The notes: generated by a model not told the origin, from the letters alone. Counted from the stretch's first letter, positions 46,763 to 57,493 are shown. The stretch is DNA of 64,000 nt from an uncultured Thermoleophilia bacterium (GCA_963765105.1 CAVXUW010000001.1:1692-65691), one strand, 5' to 3'. Numbers and translations are program-made.

Positions 46763-48751
46763 TCAGCGAAGAGATCGAAGGTCGGCCGCGAAGGCCGGGG
46801 TGTCGTTCAGGATCTGGCGGGCGAGGAACCGTGAGCCGTTGATGTTCAGGTGGCTCAGATCGCGAAACATCAGCCGCCCATCGATCGTCATTTCACACGT
46901 GTCCTCATCGCAGAAGTACTGGGCGGTGCTCAGCATCCGGGTGTTGGGCACCTGTCCAACGACGCGACGAAGCACCGGCAGGTATGCGTCGTATCGCGCA
47001 CGGAATGCATCGGCTGGCTGTGAGCACTTGGGAGGCAAAACGAGGCCGCGGCGGTACTTGCAGCTGAAGGGCTCGAAGGGGAAGTCAGGGGTGTCGTCGG
47101 GAACGAAGACCGCCTTGCCCGAGCGCGATACCAGGGTGAGCGTCTCGGTCAGCTCTGCCTCCGGAACCCCGCGGCCACCCCAGTAGGCGTTGATGACGAC
47201 GGTCGAAATCGACGGGCTCGCCGTCACCACATCGAGAATGCGCGCGAACTGCGGGTTCGACTTGACCGGCAAGCCGTCAACGATGTAGTAGGCGACGTTT
47301 GCGTCGGGCAAGGAGTCGGCAAGGCCCAAGAAGAGATGCTCGGCGTGGCTGTCGCCGATCAGGACCAGGTCGATGTTCGGGTCGGGTTTCGACTGTTGGC
47401 AGCGAAGGATCCCCTCCCAGTTGAGTGACTGGTCACGGATCTCCCGGGGGGTGCACGTGAAGTTGTGATCGCGGACGTATGAATGGAACTCCACGTGCCC
47501 GATGTCGCCTTGGTGGGCGATGGGGATCTGGCCCGATTCGTAGCGCGGAGTCCAGTAGTGCGTCGCTGCCCACCCAATGCTGGACGCCACAAGGAGCGAC
47601 GGGGCAACAACCCCAACCGCGACGGCAACCCCCCGTGCGCGACTCGACACTTCAAGCCGCCTCAGCGGGTCCTCGACCCAGCGATACGAGGCGAGAGCGG
47701 GCAGAACCGACAGCAGCGCGGCGACGAGCGGCGCCCACTCGTATTGGGGCCACAGGACTTTCGCGAACACGATCGGCGGCCAATGCCAAAGGTAGAGCGA
47801 GTAGGACCAGTCACCGATCTTGACCATCGGGCGACTGGCCAGGAGCGGGTTTGTCACACTGCCTGGGATGCCACCCGCAACCAGGAGCAGGCCGGTAGCC
47901 GCCACCGGAAGCAGTGCCCACGGGCCTGGGAAAGTGGTCGTGCTGGTAATGACGAAAAGAGACAGTGCGAGGAGCGCGAGTCCCGCCACGCCGAGGAGCG
48001 AAGCGAGGCGCCGTGATCCCCCCTTGACTGCCAGTGGAGCAAGCGCCAACAGTGCTCCGACACCAAATTCCCAGGCCCGATTCACCGGACCGTAGAAGCC
48101 AAACCAGAACTCCCCCCGTCCGTTGCCCAGGAGCCCGGCCGCGTGAAGGCTCGCCGCAAGGAAGGACCCAGCCGTTACCATGCCAACGAGCACGACGGGG
48201 GCGAATCGAAAGCGTGCACTGCGCAGGAGGAGCCAACCGAGGGCGAGGATCGCTGGGAATACGAAGTAGAACTGCTCCTCAACCGAAAGTGACCAAGTGT
48301 TGAGCAGCGGGTTGGACTCGGCCGGCGCATCGAAGTAGTCGCCCGTGCTCTTCGCGATGGCCCAGTTGGCGCTGAACAACATCGCGCCAGCCGCCGTCTT
48401 GGATGCGACCTGCTGCGACCCCAGCGGCGAGAGCACTAGTGAGGCAAGCACCATCGTTGCGGCCACCAGGACCGCGAGCGCGGGAACGAGCCGCTTGAAG
48501 CGGCGGATGTAGAAGCGCGCGAAACGGATGCGACCCTGTTTTAGCCACTCGCGCTGCAACATGCCGGTGATCACGAAGCCGGAGATCACGAAGAACGTGT
48601 CGACGCCGATGAAGCCGCCGGGGACCGACAGGCCGGCGTGGAAGGCAATCACGACAAGCACGGAGATGGCTCGAAGGCCCTGGATGTCGAGCCGCCGGTT
48701 GGGTGCCCCCGAAGTCGGCGGACTAGACACGGGTCGCTCCCATTCGCCCAT
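46763..48751 (-). CDS. Acyltransferase-3 (OafA/YrhL-type) membrane O-acyltransferase with C-terminal SGNH domain
   Basis: RRLDIQGLRAISVLVVIAFHAG.., ten TM helices, then ..DLVLIGDSHAEHL.. (SGNH block I) and a C-terminal esterase-like domain. Confidence 0.85.
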   Translation of the reverse strand: MGEWERPVSSPPTSGAPNRRLDIQGLRAISVLVVIAFHAGLSVPGGFIGVDTFFVISGFVITGMLQREWLKQGRIRFARFYIRRFKRLVPALAVLVAATMVLASLVLSPLGSQQVASKTAAGAMLFSANWAIAKSTGDYFDAPAESNPLLNTWSLSVEEQFYFVFPAILALGWLLLRSARFRFAPVVLVGMVTAGSFLAASLHAAGLLGNGRGEFWFGFYGPVNRAWEFGVGALLALAPLAVKGGSRRLASLLGVAGLALLALSLFVITSTTTFPGPWALLPVAATGLLLVAGGIPGSVTNPLLASRPMVKIGDWSYSLYLWHWPPIVFAKVLWPQYEWAPLVAALLSVLPALASYRWVEDPLRRLEVSSRARGVAVAVGVVAPSLLVASSIGWAATHYWTPRYESGQIPIAHQGDIGHVEFHSYVRDHNFTCTPREIRDQSLNWEGILRCQQSKPDPNIDLVLIGDSHAEHLFLGLADSLPDANVAYYIVDGLPVKSNPQFARILDVVTASPSISTVVINAYWGGRGVPEAELTETLTLVSRSGKAVFVPDDTPDFPFEPFSCKYRRGLVLPPKCSQPADAFRARYDAYLPVLRRVVGQVPNTRMLSTAQYFCDEDTCEMTIDGRLMFRDLSHLNINGSRFLARQILNDTPAFAADLRSLR

Positions 48752-48757
48752 TTCTCA

Positions 48758-51034
48758 TCATCGTGGGAGTCCCGGGTCCTCGAGTTCGATCCTGCTCGCG
48801 CGGACGATCCGCCGGTCGGACATCAGCGCGGTGGCGCCCTCGACGGTGAAGCTGAACCGCACGCGACCTGACCCCAGCCGAAGGTTCTGCGTGACGATCG
48901 TCTCGGCGCCGGGAGGGAGCGCCGCCCGCTTTCGGCTGCCATCCGGGCCAACGATGGAGATCGTCACCTCGGAAGACGCGCTGTTGATCAGGGTGATCCG
49001 CGAGGTGACGGGCCGATCTCCCGTGAGATCGTTCTGCAGAAAGAACGATCCGCGACGATCGAGCCAGCGGCTGTAGCTGACACCGTCTGCCTCCGGGCCA
49101 CTCACGCCGTCGCCAGGCACGAAATACACGGGATTGACGTTTCGGTCGCAGTACGCAGCCCTCTCGCTCGCCGGCACATCGTCGTCGGCACCAAGCGGCG
49201 CGAGGGGGAAGAAGAAGCGTCGCCCTTCCTCGCTGACGATGGGCGCGTTTCCCGAGGCTTTGGTCAACTGGTCGCGAATCGTTGCGGGGTCGGCGTAGCC
49301 CGCTCCGTCCATCCAGATCCCGGCAAAGCCACAGCGCTGAAGGACGCGTGTCTTCTTTTCGATACCAATCCCGGCGAGACGTTCGAGCCACTTGCCTTCG
49401 CGTCCGCGGATCGCCCCGTAGCTCCACCGAAGATGGTCGGAGTGGAGGTAGCCGATCGCACTGTCGTAGTCACTCATCGCACCGGGTCCGGCGCTCTCGG
49501 GGAACTGTTGCTCAGGGAGGGTGTAGATAGCGGCGCCGCGCTGAACACGTGACTCGATCTGCGTAACAAATCGTTCCTCCGACTCCCACTTCTTTTTCGC
49601 GCCCTCGTAGTGGGCGGCGTCGAGCCGGTTGCCGGTCTGATCGTAGAGACCGATCGCCACGACACCAATAAGGACGAGGGGGTAGGCCCAACGCGCGTTG
49701 CCCCGGGCCCGAGCGCGTGCGAAGACACCATCAAGGGCAAAGGCGATTGCGGCCAAGCCGCAGAAGGTGATGACCACGCTGATGCGGCCGAGTCCTCTCA
49801 ATGCCGGGTGCACGAGTATCGAGAAGAGGCCATTCCCACCACCGATCGTGCCGAAGAGGAAGGCGGTTGCGGCACAGATCACGAGTGGCCCGTAGCGCCG
49901 GCGGCGGCTGACGCTGACGCCACGAGTCAACGCGATGAGCGCGACGGCAACCAATAGGGCGAGGCCCAGATTGCCGACAAGACCGATGTAAGCACCGTCT
50001 TCGCCAGCGAACTTGAGGCTCGTCTCCTCGCGGAAGGTCGCGCCGACTCGCGCAGCGGGCCCGAAGTTGTGGAACGGAGGTGGCAACACCATGTGCATGA
50101 GCGTGAGACCGTAGATCTCGCTTTCGTTCGCGAAACGAACAGGCACCTCGGTGTTTGCCCCTTCGCTCCACCTTTGGAGAAGAGTCGGCGAAGTATTGAT
50201 CGCGATGACAAACACAATCAGGAACATGGCTACCAGCCCGCCTGCCGCGACCCGGAACTTCCGCTGCACTAGAAGTGTGGCGACGCCAACAGCCAGCAAG
50301 ACGAGCGTGAACGATGCAAGGTAGAGCCCTGTCGACGCAATCGCGGCGCAGGTTGCGACGGTGGTGACGTTTCTCCGCGTCAACCAGTTACGCGGTCGTC
50401 GAGACAACGTCGCTGGTGAGAAGATCGCGACACCGTTCATCAGGCGCACAACGAGCAAGATGGCAAATGGGAGAGCGTAGTAGCCGATCAATAGCAACCA
50501 ACCACTCGAGCGAAAGTGGTAGGAGATAAAGGCGTACAGAAGGCCGGCTGCCGCACCTGACCAAAGCGATACACCCAGGCGGCGGAGCGCGATGAACGCG
50601 CAGACGGCGCAGAGGGGATATGTCAGGAGCACCCAGAGGTTGACAGTGATCGCAAAGTCGGGAGAGAACCAGGAGATGAACCGAATGAGAAGCAGATTGA
50701 GATTGTCGGCACCAAGGGGGTAGTCGAAGAAGGTGAGATCTTTGGGGTAACCAAGAAGCGGATTCCTGAGATACCCGCCGTTTTCATCGATCGCCTTGGT
50801 CAGCATGTTGTAGAAGGTGCCGTCACCGACCTGGAACTCCGGGATGCGCAGCGATGTTTCCCAACGACGAAGGGTGATCCAGGCAACGATTAAGCTGACG
50901 ACAGCCAAGCCAGAGGCCACCCGAACGTCGGCGGACGTCAGAAAACGGTGAAGCCAACCAACTTCATCGCCTCGCTTTGCTGACGGACGGCCCTCACGGG
51001 TCCGCGGCGGAGCCGGGCCAGAGGGGTCGCTCAC
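48758..51034 (-). CDS. Large polytopic membrane protein with extracytoplasmic C-terminal domain (GT-C-like glycosyltransferase candidate)
   Basis: 758 aa. The first loop ..GDGTFYNMLTKAIDENGGYLRNPLLGYPKDLTFFDYPLGADNLN.. is followed by ~12 TM helices and a ~280-aa soluble C-terminus. The functional call comes from architecture and neighbourhood only. Confidence 0.5.
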   Translation of the reverse strand: MSDPSGPAPPRTREGRPSAKRGDEVGWLHRFLTSADVRVASGLAVVSLIVAWITLRRWETSLRIPEFQVGDGTFYNMLTKAIDENGGYLRNPLLGYPKDLTFFDYPLGADNLNLLLIRFISWFSPDFAITVNLWVLLTYPLCAVCAFIALRRLGVSLWSGAAAGLLYAFISYHFRSSGWLLLIGYYALPFAILLVVRLMNGVAIFSPATLSRRPRNWLTRRNVTTVATCAAIASTGLYLASFTLVLLAVGVATLLVQRKFRVAAGGLVAMFLIVFVIAINTSPTLLQRWSEGANTEVPVRFANESEIYGLTLMHMVLPPPFHNFGPAARVGATFREETSLKFAGEDGAYIGLVGNLGLALLVAVALIALTRGVSVSRRRRYGPLVICAATAFLFGTIGGGNGLFSILVHPALRGLGRISVVITFCGLAAIAFALDGVFARARARGNARWAYPLVLIGVVAIGLYDQTGNRLDAAHYEGAKKKWESEERFVTQIESRVQRGAAIYTLPEQQFPESAGPGAMSDYDSAIGYLHSDHLRWSYGAIRGREGKWLERLAGIGIEKKTRVLQRCGFAGIWMDGAGYADPATIRDQLTKASGNAPIVSEEGRRFFFPLAPLGADDDVPASERAAYCDRNVNPVYFVPGDGVSGPEADGVSYSRWLDRRGSFFLQNDLTGDRPVTSRITLINSASSEVTISIVGPDGSRKRAALPPGAETIVTQNLRLGSGRVRFSFTVEGATALMSDRRIVRASRIELEDPGLPR

Positions 51035-51642
51035 GTTGCCAACCCCGTTGAGCGGCGCCGGGTCTTTCGGAGTGGCGGAACCGGAAGCTTCACCGCGCTA
51101 GCCTACTTTGCGCGCTCGACGCAGGCCGGACGAACGCCACGTTTCCATGAGCTCCGTTTGCGTGTAGCCGCGTCGTCAGCACCCGAGCGCGTCACAACCC
51201 GAGCGGTGGTGGCTCGACGCGCAGCATGACACCAAGTTCACGTTCATCGTCGTTGAAGCCTTAGTCACGGGGGACCCAGGGTGGGGTCAACGTCAATTTC
51301 GATGGACTACGGACTGCCGTTGCGTAGGTGATTGGGCACGGGCAGACGGACGAGCTGCCACGCGTTGATTCCCGGTTGGGCCTTGAGCACACCCAACGTG
51401 CCCCGGAAACCGCACAGGTGGGGAGTCGGTGTTCCAGGTCGGGCCCATTGGTCGCGATCACGACGGCGGCTTTCGGCTCGGTTGTTTCCAGTTGAATTCG
51501 AGCGCGGGCGCTGGTCCAGCGGTACGACGCTCGGGCACCGGGGCCGCAAGCGTGATCCGCTCTACAAGATCCGGAAGCTCTTGCTCAAAGGCGCTGAACG
51601 GCTCGACGGGATGGGCCTTGACCGGATGCTTTTGGAGATGCG

Positions 51643-51650
51643 CCTCTGCG
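51643..51650. repeat. Target-site duplication (left copy) CCTCTGCG of the IS256-family element
   Basis: Identical 8-mer directly abutting both IS termini. Confidence 0.75.
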
Positions 51651-53042
51651 AGGTGGTGCGCGGATTTCTGTGTATGCCTGACTGGCTGTGGCCTGTTGAG
51701 GTCGTGACCGGTCGGCGTAGCCGCGGCGGAGCGATTCCGGCAGGAGCGGCCAGGAAGGAGCACCCGTGATGGGCGATATGGATGTCCAGATATCCCGGAC
51801 GAGCTGATCGATCAGCTGTTGGGGAGTGCCGGGGCCGGAGCAGCTGACCGGCCGGATGGGTTGATCAACCAGCTGCGTAAGCGGCTGATCGAGCGGGCGG
51901 CCGGCGCCGAGCTGGAGCAGCATCTCGGCTACCCGCCCGGTGGCAGGCCGCCGGAGGCGCAGCCGAACCGGCGCAACGGGCGCCGGCCGAAGACGCTGCG
52001 GACGGTCGATGGGCCGTTGACGGTCGAGATGCCCGCGTGACCGGGCGGGTGAGTTCGAGCCGCGGGTCGTGCCGAAGCACGCCCGCTCGCTTCGACGGCT
52101 TCGACGACCAGATCCTCGCCCTGTACGCCGGCGGGATGACGACCCGCGAGATCCGGCGCCACCTGCGCGAGCTGTACGGCGTCGACGTCTCGGACGGGCT
52201 GATCGCGAGGTGACCGCCTCGATCCAGGACGACGTGCGAGCGTGGCAGGCACGGCCGCTCGAGGAGCTGTACGTCGTCGTCTACCTGGACGCGATGCAGG
52301 TCTCGATCCGCGATCAGCAGGTCGTCCGCAAGAAGGCCGTCTACGTCGCGATCGGTGTCAACGCTCGAGGGTGAACGCGACTGTCCTCGGCCTGTGGATC
52401 GAAAAGACCGAAGGCGCCCGGTTCTGGACGAGCGTGCTGACCGAACCTGCAAAACCGCGGCGTCAATGACATCCTCGTCTGTCTGCACCGACGGCCTCGC
52501 CGGCTTCCCGGAAGCGATCGACGCGGTGTTCCCGCAACGCGATCAACCAGACCTGCATCGTCCACGTCGTCCGCCAGTCCCTGCGGTACTTGTCCTGGCA
52601 AGACCGCAAGACGCTGCGCCGCCGAACTGCGACGCATCTACACCGCCCCTGATGCCGAAGCCGCCCGCCGGTGCTCGAACGAGCTCGAGGCCGAATGGGC
52701 CGACAACCCCAGCCGCCAAAACGCGCACTCGCGGTCTGGGACCGCGCGTGGGAGCAGGATCATCCCCGTTCCTCGCCTTCCCCGACGAGATCCGCAGGAT
52801 CATCTACACAACCAACGCGGTCGAGAGCCTGCACTCCCAGATCCGAAAGACGATCAAAACCAGAGGCCAGTTCCCCAACGACGACGCCGCCCTCCGACTC
52901 ATCTGGCTCGCGATCACCGCGCGAAAACCAGCTGGCGCACCTGCTACAACTGGAGCACGGCGATGGCATCCTCCGCATCCACTTCGAAGACCGCATCCCC
53001 AAATGAACAATCAAACGGCATATACGAAAAAGCGCGCACCCT
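51651..53042 (+). mobile_element. IS256-family insertion sequence (1392 bp) with imperfect terminal inverted repeats
   Basis: The left end AGGTGGTGCGCGGATTTCTGTGTATGCC pairs with the reverse complement of the right end, AGGGTGCGCGCTTTTTCGTATATGCC. It is flanked by the 8-bp direct repeat CCTCTGCG. Deleting the element plus one repeat copy restores the ISL3 transposase reading frame (..LEMRLCDPDGDV..). Confidence 0.8.
51769..53006 (+). pseudogene. IS256-family transposase, reading frame broken at five or more positions as assembled
   Basis: The pieces are spread over three frames: PDELIDQLLGSAGAG..GLINQLRKRLIERAAGAELEQHLGY..NRRNGRRPKTLRT; ..FDGFDDQILALYAGGMTTREIRRHLRELYGVDVS..; ..WQARPLEELYVVVYLDAMQVSIRD..KKAVYVAIGVN... 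The remaining pieces are ..CTDGLAGFPEAIDAVFPQ..; ..FLAFPDEIRRIIYTTNAVESLHSQIRKTIKTRGQFPNDDAALRLIWLAI..; and ..HFEDRIPK*. AGGAAGGAG lies 8 nt upstream of the ATG at 51769. Confidence 0.75.
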
Positions 53043-53050
53043 CCTCTGCG
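53043..53050. repeat. Target-site duplication (right copy) CCTCTGCG of the IS256-family element
   Basis: Identical 8-mer directly abutting both IS termini. Confidence 0.75.
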
Positions 53051-53557
53051 ACCCAGACGGCGACGTCACCGGCGCGTGGGCGCGAAGGAATCCGTGAGAG
53101 ACATCTACCCGACCGACAACCGAGGCGACGCCGAGCTGCGTCTCGACAAGGCCATCGAGGGCGGTCGCGCCGACTGGGTCGATGAGATCCGCTCGCTCGG
53201 CAGAACCCCTCCACCGATGGCGCACAGAGATCTTGAACCACCAACTGACGGGAGCGTCGAACGGGCCGACCGAGGGCCTGAACCCCCTCGTCAAGAAGGT
53301 CAAACGCGCAGGCAACGGCTTCCGCTGCTTCACCAACTACCGGCGGCGCGTCCTACTGCACGCCGGGGGCTGCGACTGGCCCGCCATCAGACCCGCACCA
53401 CCCAGGATCCGAACACGCCAACCCCACTAAAACCGGAAGAGCCCGTTTACATAATGCTCACGCACTCATTACAACTAAAGAGCGACCGAATTGGTGTTCG
53501 GCTGTAGCGTTGTCGAATTTGCTCACGCGACAAGTGGGCGCTTCCTCGGGAGCTAGA

Positions 53558-54931
53558 ATGTGGTTTCGTCTCCGGCGGGTGGGCGTTTGGGTAGTGGCGG
53601 CTACCGTGTTAGCGCCAGCGTCAACCGCTCTTGGGGTGCCCACGGCGCCGACGCTTACAGACGTGCCCGATTCGTTCAACATCGGGTACACCCGTGGTGG
53701 GCCCTACTCGGCTCGCGGACTTAAATGGACGCCATCTCGGTTTTCTGAGCCGTGTCGCATGTACGAGATCGATGTGCTCGAGTCGGACACAGGTACGACT
53801 CAAGTGTACCCGTGGCAATCACTCGCCGGCTCGTCCTGGGACCTCGGGCGTGATTTCGCGCCGCAGACTTCTTTCGCAGCGCTCGGCTACCAGCCCAACT
53901 TCAGCCCGCCGTTCAGGGATGGCTACAAATACCGCTTCCGTGTGCGAGGGATCGAGTACGGACCCGCGCCTTCGGATCCCGACCGGTGCACAATCCCGAC
54001 GTCACAGGCCGTCATCACCACCGGCGCGTGGAGCAATTCGTCTGGACCGGTGGTCGCCGACTTCAGCCGGCCTGAGGTAACGATGCGGATCATCAGTGCG
54101 ACCCCGCTGGCCCGTCCGGCCGGTTTGGCACCGGCTTTCGTTGTGCGCTCACCGACCGTCACGGTCGAGGCCAGCGCCACCGACCCGGCACCCCAAGGAC
54201 GCGCGGCGTCGGGAATCGCACAAGTAGGGGTGCCGGGCCTGGCCGTGGCATCGGACCAGGTCACACACTCCGTGTCACTGGTCGAGGGCGCCAATGACGT
54301 CACCGCCTACGCCTGGGACCGAGCCGACAACGTCGGTCATGTAGGGAGCTACGAAGGCGTGCCGGATCCAACAACGGTGTGGCGGGACACCACCGCCCCA
54401 GTTGTTTTCGCCAGCCACGATGGACTTTGGAGCACAGCGCCGAGAGTCGCATCAGCGTTTGAGGCATCCGGCAGCGATCCTGGGGGACCGCCCGATCAGG
54501 GTGCGCTGACGCACTTCCGGTGGACGTTCGGTGATCGATCTCCGCCACAATCCGGTGAACGCGTTACACACGCCTACGCGCGCCCTGGGCTGTATTGCGG
54601 CACGCTCAGCGCACAGGACCTGGCCGGCAACCGCGGCTTCACATCGTTCGCGACCCGCGTCGGACGACGTTCCGTCCCGCGCATTGGACGAACGACGATA
54701 AGCGGGCCGCGACGTGTTGGCACGACCCTCACCGTTCGAACCTGTGTCGCCGAGAGCGGCGACTTGAAGATCGTGCTGCAAGGCCCCAATCGACGAGTGA
54801 TCTCCCGCAGCCGCCAAAATGTCCGACCGGGCTACGTTACCGTGCAGCTTCGCGCCAAACGGCGCGGCCCCGCTCGCATCACCGTTACCATCAACGGAGC
54901 CACGAAGAGCATCCCCATCACCATTCGCTAA
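53558..54931 (+). CDS. Secreted multi-domain Ig-like/PKD protein, paralogue of 42635..43993
   Basis: ATG 53558 follows GGGAG. Signal peptide ..VVAATVLAPASTALG. Shared blocks: DGYKYRFRVRG, EASATDPAPQGRAASGIAQV, WRDTTAPV, FRWTFGDRSPPQSGERVTHAYARPGLYCGTLSAQDLAGN, ISGPRRVGTTLTVRTC. Confidence 0.7.
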   Translation: MWFRLRRVGVWVVAATVLAPASTALGVPTAPTLTDVPDSFNIGYTRGGPYSARGLKWTPSRFSEPCRMYEIDVLESDTGTTQVYPWQSLAGSSWDLGRDFAPQTSFAALGYQPNFSPPFRDGYKYRFRVRGIEYGPAPSDPDRCTIPTSQAVITTGAWSNSSGPVVADFSRPEVTMRIISATPLARPAGLAPAFVVRSPTVTVEASATDPAPQGRAASGIAQVGVPGLAVASDQVTHSVSLVEGANDVTAYAWDRADNVGHVGSYEGVPDPTTVWRDTTAPVVFASHDGLWSTAPRVASAFEASGSDPGGPPDQGALTHFRWTFGDRSPPQSGERVTHAYARPGLYCGTLSAQDLAGNRGFTSFATRVGRRSVPRIGRTTISGPRRVGTTLTVRTCVAESGDLKIVLQGPNRRVISRSRQNVRPGYVTVQLRAKRRGPARITVTINGATKSIPITIR

Positions 54932-54954
54932 CACGACCCGAACGCGAGGGCGAC

Positions 54955-54972
54955 GGACCGGAGTTCCGGTCC
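54955..54972. terminator. GC-rich hairpin between convergent genes (candidate bidirectional terminator, no U-tract)
   Basis: GGACCGGAGTTCCGGTCC is a near-perfect palindrome (7-8 bp stem) in the 79-nt gap between the PKD paralogue and gmd. Confidence 0.3.
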
Positions 54973-55010
54973 ACTCGCGGCCGGGCAGGAACTTTGGCGC
55001 TAACCCTTCC

Positions 55011-55979
<969 letters not shown>

Positions 55980-55983
<4 letters not shown>

Positions 55984-56978
55984 TCTCCTCGCGCACGCGG
56001 TCGCGCCAGTAAGTCGAGCGTGTCGTTCAGGGTCTGTACTCCAGAGGAATCTGCGGCATCCACCCGGTGTCGGCGGTGAGCCGATCGGCGGAACCATAGA
56101 GATCGGGCTGCTCACCGGCGCGAACCCGGGTTTCGTCGCTCGTGATGACGGTGGGCTCGCGCGCCAGGCTCCGCAACGTCTCGAGCAGCTCGCCGACGCG
56201 AGCGCGAACGGCCCGAGCACGGCAGGTACGACCGCGTCCGGGTCGCCCCGCTCGAGCGATCTGGCGATAGGCACGCGACGATGTCGCGTACATCGGAGAA
56301 GTCCCGCCGTGTGGCCACGTTGCCCACGCGCGATCGCGATGCTGCATCGTCGCCGTCGCGTTCGCCCTCGGCAATCTGACGCGCCACGCTGGGAACGACG
56401 AAGCGGGTGTCCTGCCCCGGGCCGATGTGGTTGAACGGGCGGGCGCGCAGAGATCTGAAGGCCGTAACCGTCGCGGTACTGGCGGCGCGGCGATGTCGGC
56501 CGCCGCTTTCGATGCCGCATAGGGCGAGTGGGGGCGCATCGGCGTGTCCTCGTCAACAGGGAGCGCGTCCGGAGGAACCAGCCCGTACACCTCGCCACTC
56601 GTGACCACCAGACACCGGGCCGACGGACGCGTCGGTCCGTACCGCATCAAGCACCGAGAGCGTGCCGTCGAGGTTGATACGCCACGTGCCGCGATGGATC
56701 GGCGAAGGACTGACCCACTGAGGCCGCGCCCGCCAGGTGGACGACCGCGTCGGGACTGACCGTCGCCGACGGCTGTCGCGACCTGCGCAGCGTCGGCGAT
56801 GTCCGCGACGACAGATGTCGTCGACATCCGGAACAGGCGTCGCCGGCACGGCCATGTCGAGACCCACCACCTCGTAGCCGTTGGCGACCAGTTCGCGGGC
56901 CAGGTGACGGCCGACGAAGCCGCAGATTCCAGTGATGAGTGCCCGCACGGGGGGCGACGATACCAAGCGCGTTGCCAC
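55980..56978 (-). pseudogene. rmd: GDP-6-deoxy-D-lyxo-4-hexulose reductase (GDP-D-rhamnose synthase); roughly 11-12 frame changes as assembled
   Basis: The pieces rotate through all three frames: RALITGICGFVGRHLARELVANGYEVVGLD; VVADIADAAQVATAVGDGQ; PDAVVHLAGAASVGQSFADP; [14 protein letters not shown]; [42 protein letters not shown]; [14 protein letters not shown]. They continue with [25 protein letters not shown]; [17 protein letters not shown]; [12 protein letters not shown]; YLPCSGR; [22 protein letters not shown]; [10 protein letters not shown]. This closely parallels P. aeruginosa Rmd as I remember it ([34 protein letters not shown]). The stop TGA overlaps the gmd ATG (ATGA). Confidence 0.75.
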
Positions 56979-57043
56979 CCGGATCTGACGCTTGGCGCGT
57001 GCGAGCTTGCCTCGAACGATGTGGGCTTCTACGCTCGCGGTTA

Positions 57044-57493
57044 ATGCCGTCGTCTCACCGCCCGGTCACTGCCGGCCTCATCACCCTCATCGCGGCCGTT
57101 TGTGTGGCGCTCACCGCCCTCACACTCGGGTCGTCGCCGGCCTCCGGCACGCCGCAAGACGTCGTCGACGCCTGGGTCTCCGGCGATGTTCAGCTGGCAA
57201 CTCAATCGGACGCCGCCGATCTGTTCGGCGCGATCTCGTTGTTTGCCGTCCAGAAGCCACCCGAACTCCAGCCCCAATTTGCGGCCGCTGTTCGGGTTCG
57301 CGTCCGCGAGATTGTCTGGGGCATCCGCCCCGGCGCCCCCGAAACGCAGCCCGCCGAAATCCCCCAGGCGCAGATACCGATTTGGATGATGCTGGCGGCC
57401 GGAGGCGCAGGCGCACTCCTGGTCGCGGGCTTCGCCGCGAGCGTCTGGCGTCGATCACGCCGAAACACCGCCACGCGCGAGACGATGGCGTAG
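57044..57493 (+). CDS. Hypothetical membrane protein (N-terminal and C-terminal TM segments)
   Basis: ATG 57044: MPSSHRPVTAGLITLIAAVCVALTALTL... C-terminus ..IWMMLAAGGAGALLVAGFAASVWRRSRR. No family recognised. Confidence 0.45.
   Translation: MPSSHRPVTAGLITLIAAVCVALTALTLGSSPASGTPQDVVDAWVSGDVQLATQSDAADLFGAISLFAVQKPPELQPQFAAAVRVRVREIVWGIRPGAPETQPAEIPQAQIPIWMMLAAGGAGALLVAGFAASVWRRSRRNTATRETMA

Larger units (their letters stand above)
51400..53443 (+). mobile_element. 5'-truncated, degenerate ISL3-family element, split by the IS256-family insertion (pieces ~51400-51650 and 53043-53443)
   Basis: Transposase blocks ..TLGHRGRKRDPLYKIRKLLLKGAERLD.. are on the left. On the right are CDPDGDVTGAWA..KESVRDIY..WRTEILNHQLTGASNGPTEGLNPLVKKVKRAGNGFRCFTNYRRRVLL. 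The right terminus CCGGAAGAGCC (reverse complement GGCTCTTCCGG) resembles ISL3 terminal repeats as I remember them. The left boundary is approximate. Confidence 0.6.

Noticed and set aside
51035-51400. Possible further N-terminal ISL3 transposase sequence, or a left ISL3 terminus (AACCGGAAG at ~51076 resembles part of the right-end repeat)
   Set aside because: Translations in all three frames gave no convincing ISL3 blocks upstream of ~51400. The 9-mer is in direct rather than inverted orientation, so it is too weak to call.
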